DNA of 64,000 nucleotides, taken from the NCBI RefSeq assembly GCF_052425735.1, contig NC_135762.1, positions 27,900,001 through 27,964,000 of the forward strand, written 5' to 3'. The stretch's first letter is position 1. The number at the start of each line of letters is the position of its first letter. This document shows positions 52,100-61,000 of this stretch, piece after piece. The translations under genes and the position numbers were made by a program. The stretch comes from Oculina patagonica (lineage: Eukaryota). Below the pieces are notes generated by a model. That model saw only the letters and a program-made list of their open reading frames with translations. It ran no database searches and was not told where the DNA came from.

Positions 52100-55000
52100 T
52101 TAATTTCCGGGGTAGGGCGGTGGTGGCTCTCCAACATAAGAAGAATGTGCTGTTTCAAGTTGTACTTGCAGAGGCGTTGTGCATTCTGGGAAAGCGGTCA
52201 TTGAGAATTGTGGGTAAAATTCTAGCTGCTGGGGAGGTACTCGGGCAGACTGCTGCTCGTTCGGTATGGCAACTGTTATTGCTGTTGGCTGATCCGGGCG
52301 ATGTGTCCCAAAAATGTATTTGCGATCTTTGCAGCACAAAACTAAAAAGATAAGCCCGCCAATGACGAAGATTGCGAGGAAAAAGAAGCCAACAAATGTG
52401 CTCGCGTTGAAGGCTAAAAATAAAAACGATAAAAGAATAAAACTAATAATTAGATAATCGTATAAACGAACGAATGAATGAATGAACGAATGAATGAATG
52501 AATGAAGGAAGGAAGGAAGGAAGGAAGGAAGGAAGGAAGGAAGGAAGGAAGGAAGGAAGGAAGGATCGTTTCCCTTAAATCTTGTTCCTTTACAAAAATA
52601 TTTACAGTTTAAAAAAGAAGTTTTGAATAAATCAGTTGAACTTCCACATCAAACTGGAAGTTTTCATGGAAACTGGCAGTGCGGCAAAGAAGATGACTGG
52701 AAGAGTTTCCCTGTAATGGCGGAAACGACGGATTTCGCGGATTTCGCGGAAATTTTCAGATTAAAAAATAAAAAAAAATAAAAATAATAAAAATAAAAAA
52801 TAAAAAAATAAAAAATACATTTTTTATTTTTTTTATTTTTAATATTGATATATTCAACTATTATACTTACAGTTTTAAAGAGAAGAATTAAATTAAATCT
52901 AAAAATTTCCGCGAAATCCGCGAAATCCGTCGTTTCCGCCATTATTGGGAAACTCTTTCAGTCAACTGCTTCGTAGTACTGCAAGTTTCCATGAAAACTT
53001 CCAGTGCTGCAAAGCAGTTGACTGAAAGAGTTTCCCAATAATGGCGGAAACGACGGATTTCGCGGATTTCGCGGAAATTTTTAGATTTAATTTAATTCTT
53101 CTCTTTAAAACTGTAAGTATAATAGTTGAATATATCAATATTAAAAATAAAAAAAAAAAATAAAAAATATTTTTTATTTTTTTTATTTTTTATTTTTATT
53201 TTTTTATTTTTTTTTTATTTTTTAATCTGAAAATTTCCGCGAAATCCGCGAAATCCGTCGTTTCCGCCATTATAGGGAAACTCTTCCAGTCAGCCGCTTT
53301 GCAACACTCCCAGTTTCCATGAAAACGTTCAGAGCTGCAAAGCCCTTTCTTACTATCTTTTCTCCTTCAATGTGAAAATGAAAATTGTTTTTTATAGTTT
53401 TATGTATGGTGTATTTTTAACATAAGTCGTGAAAATTTTGTGATACATCACGAACATATATGCACCGTAGTAGATGATCTTTGACTCAAACATTTTTCAT
53501 TCTTATTGCGGCTTCGTTATCAAGTTAACTGTTAACTGGTGCGAAATGGCTGTCGATTGTCAGGTCAACAGATTGGCTGATCAGTGCAAATAATCGCGAC
53601 ATTAAATTCATGAAACTACTGTGGCGAAACAATTCGTCTAGAAACTCTCTGAAAAGCATTTTGGAATTGATGAAGTGACACAATTGGCTATTAAAAAATG
53701 TCGCTATGGCTTCGTTATCGGCTTGATTTTAGTGTAAAAATAGCTGCTAATTACTAGGTTATGTAATGATCTGCTGATCAACGCAAATAATCGCGATATT
53801 AAATTCATGGAAATACTGTGGCGAAAAAATTCGTCTAGAAAACACTCTGGAAAGCATTTGGGAACTGATAGAGTGACACAATTGGTCATTTAAAAGCGTC
53901 ACTGTGGCTTCGTTATTGACTTGATTGTTAGTGTAAAAAAAGCTGTAAATTACCAGGTTAGGCGATGATCTGCTGATCAGTGGAAATAATAGCGACATTA
54001 AATTCTTTCAAGTAATCTGGTCCCTACTGAGTTCATTTTTTGGCTATAATTATTCCCGGGGAATTAGCAAGTCTGCTCTCTATAAAAGCAGAACACGTTT
54101 AAAGGCATAAATCAGTCCAAGATGCAGAGCTCGAGAGCACGTTTCCCTGCGAGACAGCTAAACAGTCGAACAATTAAGAGCGCGGCGTTGTGCTATTTAA
54201 GCCCAGTGGTTTTGGGAAAGTGTAGCATTACAAGTGCGAAGTGCGTCTGCAGAGTTCAAGAGAGTGGTTTTCAGGACGCTTGGAATAGCGTGTGCCGAAC
54301 TAGAGATGCCTGTGATAGCGCACTACGAGGTTAGTTTCTGATATTGCGATTTTAAACTTGTTCAGTGTCTCTTGGGTGAGATAACCAGAAGCAGATCATT
54401 CGGTAATAATTTTTTGCTTTGTCTATTTCGCAGGCATGAAGAATGTAGCGTTCTTTTTTAGTGCCATTAGTACGCAAAAGTTGAAGAAACAGCGAGATAA
54501 GAAGAAATCAAATGATCATGACGAGAATGAAGATAGCGATGATGCGGACGAATATCCAGAATTAAGTCAGTTAGCGAGTTCAACGAGCCAACAATGGGCC
54601 GAAAGTCACGCATCAATTATAAACCACAAGCTTTGCCCAGCTGTGAGCTACTGGATCGCGTCGACAACGCCCAACGGTGCTCCACGTAGCCCCCTTGGTA
54701 TCCATCGTGTTCTCTTGGAGTGCAACGTGGACGTATTTATAAATCAGGTAACAAAAATAACATGTTTATTCACATTCGTACCAATCGCATTAGCTTCACT
54801 AGCCGGATGATAAAAAGTAGTTACTAGCTTATATGAAGGCAGTGAATCAAGCAGTGAAAATGTGACAATTCAAAGGACCATTCCAATCATCGAAATTAGT
54901 TTTGCCTTGAATTTACGCTACGTCGGGCTCCCTTAAAACTTGACAGTACTCGGAACGACGAATCACTTGTTAGGACTAGGTCAAAGTTGCTCACCACCTT

Positions 55001-58000
55001 AGAACTTTAATTAACTGGCAACTGTTCTGAATTTTAGGTCGCTTGTCACGAAGGGAAAGAAAGTGGCGCAATGAAAGAGCTTTTTAAAGTCCTTAAAGAC
55101 CACAACAACACCTTCATGGTGGAGTTGGTGAATTCGTCTTACAAATATTGCTTTCGAGATGAATTTGAAAGTGTCCTGGGTGAGGCCGATTCAATAGATG
55201 TTGACGAATGTGGTACCGAGAACGTGGTCAGAATTTGTCTAGTCGATCCCTCGTTCCATTCCAGTCTTTCGGTGGCGTTGGGAAAACTCCAAATTGCAAA
55301 GTTGGTCATCGAGCACTTCGGATTCCACGTAGACGGCTCGGATATTCAGACAGGAAACGAACCGGTCGTTGAAAAGGCAAGATTATCTGATAAACTCACA
55401 GTGCTTGTGAACGATATTGGCATCGCCATGGAAAAGCTCGGGTACGCTCTCTATGCTGGAAAGATCTACAAAAAGTGTGAAAAGGCAAGGTACACCTATT
55501 GGTATAAGTGCGAAGTTGAGGCGTTTGTTAATAGCTTGGCGGCCAATCGATCTTTCAAAGCCAGACTACTTAAGGACATGAAGAAAGTCATCGAAATCCT
55601 AGCCAACCCACATTGCGAAGTCATTCGACCTCTTTGCGTGGACTACGATTTGATTGAGGTGAACGAAGGCCAGTGCTGGTCAATCAAGGAGCGACGTTTC
55701 TTGGAAAATGCGATCAAAGACAAGGACATCGGTCATGTTACACCCCGAGCGTTTTCGCCATACGATCCAACCAAAGTTCCGGATCCAAAATATTTCAGAG
55801 AGATCTTAGAGAACAGCCTAACGGAAGCCGAAGTTGGGGAGTTCTGCGAGGATTTCATCAGGCTTCTACATCACAACCAGAAACGACACAAAGACAAAGT
55901 ACCATGTCTGATTGGCGCTGCGAACAGCGGTAAAACGAGTTTATTTCAACCGATCTTAGGACTCGTACATCACAGCAACATAGCGACTATCACGAAGCAG
56001 CGCGTGTTCAATAAGGCCATGATTAATCGCTTTACAGAAGTGATTTTCATTGACGAAGCCAGTCCCTCAACCTTAGACATCGACGATTGGAAAATCCTTA
56101 CCCAAGGCGGATTTACGGCATGCGACGTAAAGTACCAAACGGCAAAGAGCTTCATTAACCGTTGTCCAATGCTTTTGACCGCCCAGACGAAGCTTGAATT
56201 TAAGGCCGATGACCAACCCGCCATGGATCGAAGGTTGAAGAACTACACCTTCAAGAGTCTGCCCAACCCGAGAAAGAAAGCGACAGAGTGGCTTAGGAGA
56301 CACCCCATGGAGTGTGTTGCGTGGGCGGCTACGAAGGCGCGTCCACCTAGTGACCAAGAAGAGAGCTCGGACAACGGTGAAGACGAACAAGAGCCAGAAA
56401 TCGGCGATGGCGTCCTTAAAGCCGAAGAGAAGGATGCTCTGCGGACGCTGTCACTCTTGGAGGAGAGCTGTGAAGATGATTCGCTAGAAGAGACGAACGA
56501 AGCGGTCAGTGCAATGGAAGAAAGCAACGGCGAACCGGACACCTTGCAAGACCACCTCAGTCAGCTTCAGCCGGGCAGTCTTAGACACAGGCAAATGGCC
56601 CACATTCTGGAAACAGAGAAGGAGAAGCAGAAACAGATAGACCAGTTTTACCGGACGAGAGATGTCGAGAGGTATGAAGATGTTCAGACGGCGGTAGATC
56701 AGGATGAGGCACGAGGCGAAGCTGCGAGAAAAGCGTTCGAGGGCAGTTGGTTGAGAGACACCGAAATTGAACTCAAAGAGTGTTGCGATAAATATCAAGC
56801 TACGCAAGACTCTTTCGTGCGCTCGAATGTGAAGGCGTGGATGGAGGTTCTGTGCGAGAAGCTGAAAGCTCACCACCAAGCCCTGGGCACCTTTAACACC
56901 ATCGAGGCCATAGAGGAGCGAAAGAAGGTGTGTACAGCACTCGGCCTGCTCAGGAAAGAAGATCATCGTCTGGTGACAAGTGTGGCGGAGCGACTCCCGG
57001 TACTAACTCGCCCAAGTGCAGATGCAGACGAAATTGTTGCACAACAGGATGTAAGCGATGAAAGCAGTCAAGAACGGAGGCTTTTCATCACTCCAGTGCC
57101 CAGTACTAGTCGTAGGCCGTTACGCCAACACGACGACTGCGCGGTGTCCGAAGCACTGCTCCGAGCAAGTTCTACCTTAAAGCGGAAGAGAGGTTCCAGC
57201 AGTCAGCGCGGAAGAGAGCAACAAAGAAACACCATAACAAAGTATCTCTCGAGCACGCAACATGAGTGAACGCAGTCTGACGATCAGAGAACGGAGAAGA
57301 GTAGCGACGACGAGATGTTGTTTGTCAGTATTGTAGTTCTAAGTTACATGTTAAGCGACGTGCCACGATTACGACAGGCGAGATATAGAATTCATGTATA
57401 CAGACAGAGAGATATAGAACATTGCTCGCTACCAGGAGTGTCACAAAAAGTTCTTTCTGTTGTTGTTACAAAAGAGTGTACTTGTCAAGTCAAGAAATTT
57501 ATTTAATGATGTAGTAATTTATTACTGTATTCTTTATTGCACAGTCACGATTAAATGCCTTTCTTGCTTAACACAAGTTTGAAATGTCATTGCTGTCCTT
57601 GCCTTGGTAATTAAACTAGCTGCATTTTCATTCCAGCCCTTTTCTTGAGAGAGTCCGCCGTTCTTCCGTCTTGAAATTTGAAATCGGGATCTCTCAAAAT
57701 TGCCGTCCACTGTCCAAACCCGTACCTTTTTAAACCTTTCTTGAGAAAATTGTCCTCTTCTTCCGTGAATTTCAACACCCGTCGATGATTTCGTTGAATT
57801 TGCAATTGTTTTTTGGGAGGGGAGTCCCTTTCAGAAGAGGCGCTCATTGATTCTGCTGTTCCGACCGATTCTGAAATTGTTGAAGTTGTAGCGCTAAACC
57901 TCGTGTGCACTTCCTTATCCAAATCTGAGCCTTTCGTTCCTTGTAGCTTTTGCAGACACTCGTGAGCTTTCACAGCAACTTCGCGCGATCTCTGCTTTTG

Positions 58001-61000
58001 ATAGTGAACTTTTGCAACGGCAGAACTGTGTTTTTGGTCTTCTGACAAAATTTGTTGCTCCGTGCTTGTGAGTAGATTGAGGCTTTGCGTTTCGACAATT
58101 TGACGATAGCGCGTTGGATGAATATACTTCCCGATTGCATCGAACACCAATTTACTCATGACGTCGCCCAATTTGCTATGCTGGCCTCCGTTTCTAGTGA
58201 CAAGTACGAAGTCGCACTGGGGTTTGAGTAATGGCCTTACGAAATTGATGTAGCTTTCCAGCACCCGCATGCTTGCATCAGTCAAAATTAATGAGTCAAA
58301 TCCATACTTGCTGGCCGTTTTGAACTTTTTCTGGTCAATGAATCCTCCGTTCGCCTTAGCTGTTTTAACCATGTCCACCGTCAAGTACTGATAAGTCATA
58401 GGGCGAGATCCCTTCACCTTTATGAATAAATACACGGCGACAAATTTCGTGGCAAATGTTAGGTCCAAAGGATTCACTTGACCCGGAATAGTTTTGCAAG
58501 TCTTTACCGTGTTTTCGTAACGAGGCAAATGAAATGTCACCACTTCTAACAGTTCTTCCATGGTTGCCCAGTGCCCTCTAGCATCCAAAGTCTCAATGTC
58601 TAGATCTTGTGTCCACTGCAATCTCATCATCTTTGCCACGGTTTTGCGCGCTCGTTTGAGGTACAGCTCCGTTGAGGACAAATTTCGAAGAACTGTGTCT
58701 GATGCGCCATTTATCTTTCTGAAGTCGATTAATTCGGAAATCGCATCAATGTAGCCCAATCGGCCACCGTGTCCGAGTTTGCATTCATCTTGCAGGTAGT
58801 CGATAAACTTGAACAACAAACAATGCGAACACAGGCTAAAATCCAGCACTTCAAAACTCAATTCCTCTTCATCTTCGCAGCAAAATTTGAGAAATTTGAA
58901 ACACCTCTTGACTATCTGCTGGGCTACACGATCTTTCTTGCAACCCCCACCACTTCCCGTCAACCACTTCACAAACGATTCGCCAATTTTGCTGGAAACT
59001 GAAAATGAAGGCAAAACTCTGGCAGTTTGTACTGTGATTTCACTCGATTTAACATCACTGGCGCCTTCTCTTTCGTATGCAGCGAGTATTCCCAGATCAG
59101 GTTTCTCGTCAAAGTAAAAGAACCAACTGTGCTTGGTATTCACATGTTTTCTGCACCCTCTCTGACTTTGAAAGCCATCATGGTCACACACTTGTATTGG
59201 GCAATGATACAATCGGTCGGTTTCATTCTTTTCCAGGTGAAGCCGTTTTGGTTTGGGCGATGCTCCATCGATATTTGACCAATTGATTTTACACTTCTTG
59301 CTCATTTTATCATCAAGGTAAAATGGTCAACACAATCTCCTAGAACTGAATTTCTTTTCCAAAAAAATACGACGCACCAATTACACCTTAAGGAACTTCA
59401 TTCGTGTTTAAACTTGGCAAGGCGCGCCTCTTCTTGCCTGCCCTCATTACTATTGTGCAAAATTCATGACACCCAAGATTGTGCTCAGCTTGCCCAAGCA
59501 GGTCTATGCGCGCCCCATTGTTTTTCTTCATTTCAATGGACAATATAATTTAGGAACAAAATGGTCAAGTAAGCGCAAGGAATTCGGAACCAAAGAGTCC
59601 TGAATTTGTTCCTAAATGAGCAGTTTAGGAACAATACGTTCCATTTACAAACAGGAACTCGGAACAAAACGGTCTCAAATTATCAATTTGGGAACAAATC
59701 GTTCCATTCACAGTTAAGAACTCGGAACAAAACGGTCCTAAATTATCAATTTGGGAACAAATCGTTCCATTCACAGTTAAGAACTCGGAACAAAACGGTC
59801 CTAAATTATCAATTTGGGAACAACGCGTCCCATTTACAGATAGGAACTCGGAACAAAACGGTCCTAAATTATCAATTTGGGAACAACGCGTCCCATTTAC
59901 AGATAGGAACTCGGAACAAAGCAGTCCTAAATTATCAATTTGGGAACAATATGTTCCATCAACAGTTGGGAACTCGGAACGAAATGTTCCTGTTTTATCT
60001 TAGGGTGAACGTTTTGTTCCTAACTTTATAAAAAGCTGGTCCTCTTAAGGTTAACAGGAACACAAATATGAGGAACAAATTATATTAGAGGAACGTTCCT
60101 AAAGAAAAGATCGGAACATGCTACAGAACTTAAAATCAGTTAAAAACGGGCAAAGATATAAATTACAAGTCACAAAACAGTTAGTTGAGCGTTTAGGTAA
60201 AATGAAAGCAATCATCGAAACTTGGTAAACTCTACCGCACTCAAAGGCTGTAAAACACGCAGTGAAAATTTTTGGGAAACGTTAAGGAAGGAAGGAAGGA
60301 AGAAGGGATGGATGGATGGATAGATGGATGAATGATAAATGAATGAATGAATGAATAATGGTAGACTTTTCTGACCGTAGAAAAAGGCATCAAGGCAACT
60401 GAATGGAATTAATTGCGATAAACTGAAATCAGTAGATCTCGGAACGGTAGTCTGAATATTAAATAGTTTTCTGTTGTTTTATCTTTTTTCTTGTTTGACT
60501 GTACTTGTGTGTGATTTTTTTTATTTCTTTGCCTCTTGGACTATCTGTTTATCTTCTTGCTATTAATACTTAGAAGATCTAGGAGAAATAACCCTACAGA
60601 TACATTGAAAGTATTTAGATAAAAAACTGATAACCTAACACAAGCAAAGCTCAATGCAAGTTACCTTCGACTTCTTGTAAGAGGGATAACAATACTAGGA
60701 AATAAAACAAAAAATTTACAGATGCATTGTGGCTCAAAACATTAACTAAAAAATTAAGGTCGAAAAAAAAAAAAAACAACACTGGTTCATCAGCCATTAA
60801 ACCATGTCGACTGTTCACCCGTGAGCTCTCACTAAACTAATTAGTTTAAAAATCCTAAGCTGAATCTCTTTGACAAAATAAAATCAATCATTAACGCAAC
60901 TGTATGGGTTGCAGCTAAGTGTGTCATGGTAATATTATTAGTATGGATAATCAAATGGTGACGAGTGAAATTAGGAAATAATTTTACGCGCGTTTTGTCC

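Larger units (their letters stand above)
52565..60283. mobile_element. Tyrosine-recombinase + SF3-helicase integrative element (7.7 kb) inserted in (AAGG)n
   Basis: Splits a microsatellite. Ends ATCGTTTCCCTTAAATCTT and AAAATTTTTGGGAAACGTT are imperfect inverted repeats, each abutting AAGG. Contains two convergent intact genes plus internal palindromes and arrays. Confidence 0.88.

Noticed and set aside
55673-59286. Several 60-160 aa overlapping or antisense ORFs inside the helicase and recombinase genes, and ORF 57315-57506
   Set aside because: Shadow frames with no recognisable motifs. No capsid-like or other third gene could be supported.
59606-60031. 141-aa ORF with 21-aa repeats / possible CRISPR-like array
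   Set aside because: It is the translation of the 63-bp tandem repeat (TTG start). Units are contiguous with no unique spacers, and no cas genes are present.
52565-60283. Polinton/Maverick, Helitron, DIRS or bacterial prophage/contaminant
   Set aside because: No polB, retroviral-type integrase, capsid, packaging ATPase, HUH-Rep/PIF1 or RT motifs are visible. Predicted spliceosomal introns, a TATA/Inr promoter and clean junctions in a host intron argue against bacterial DNA.
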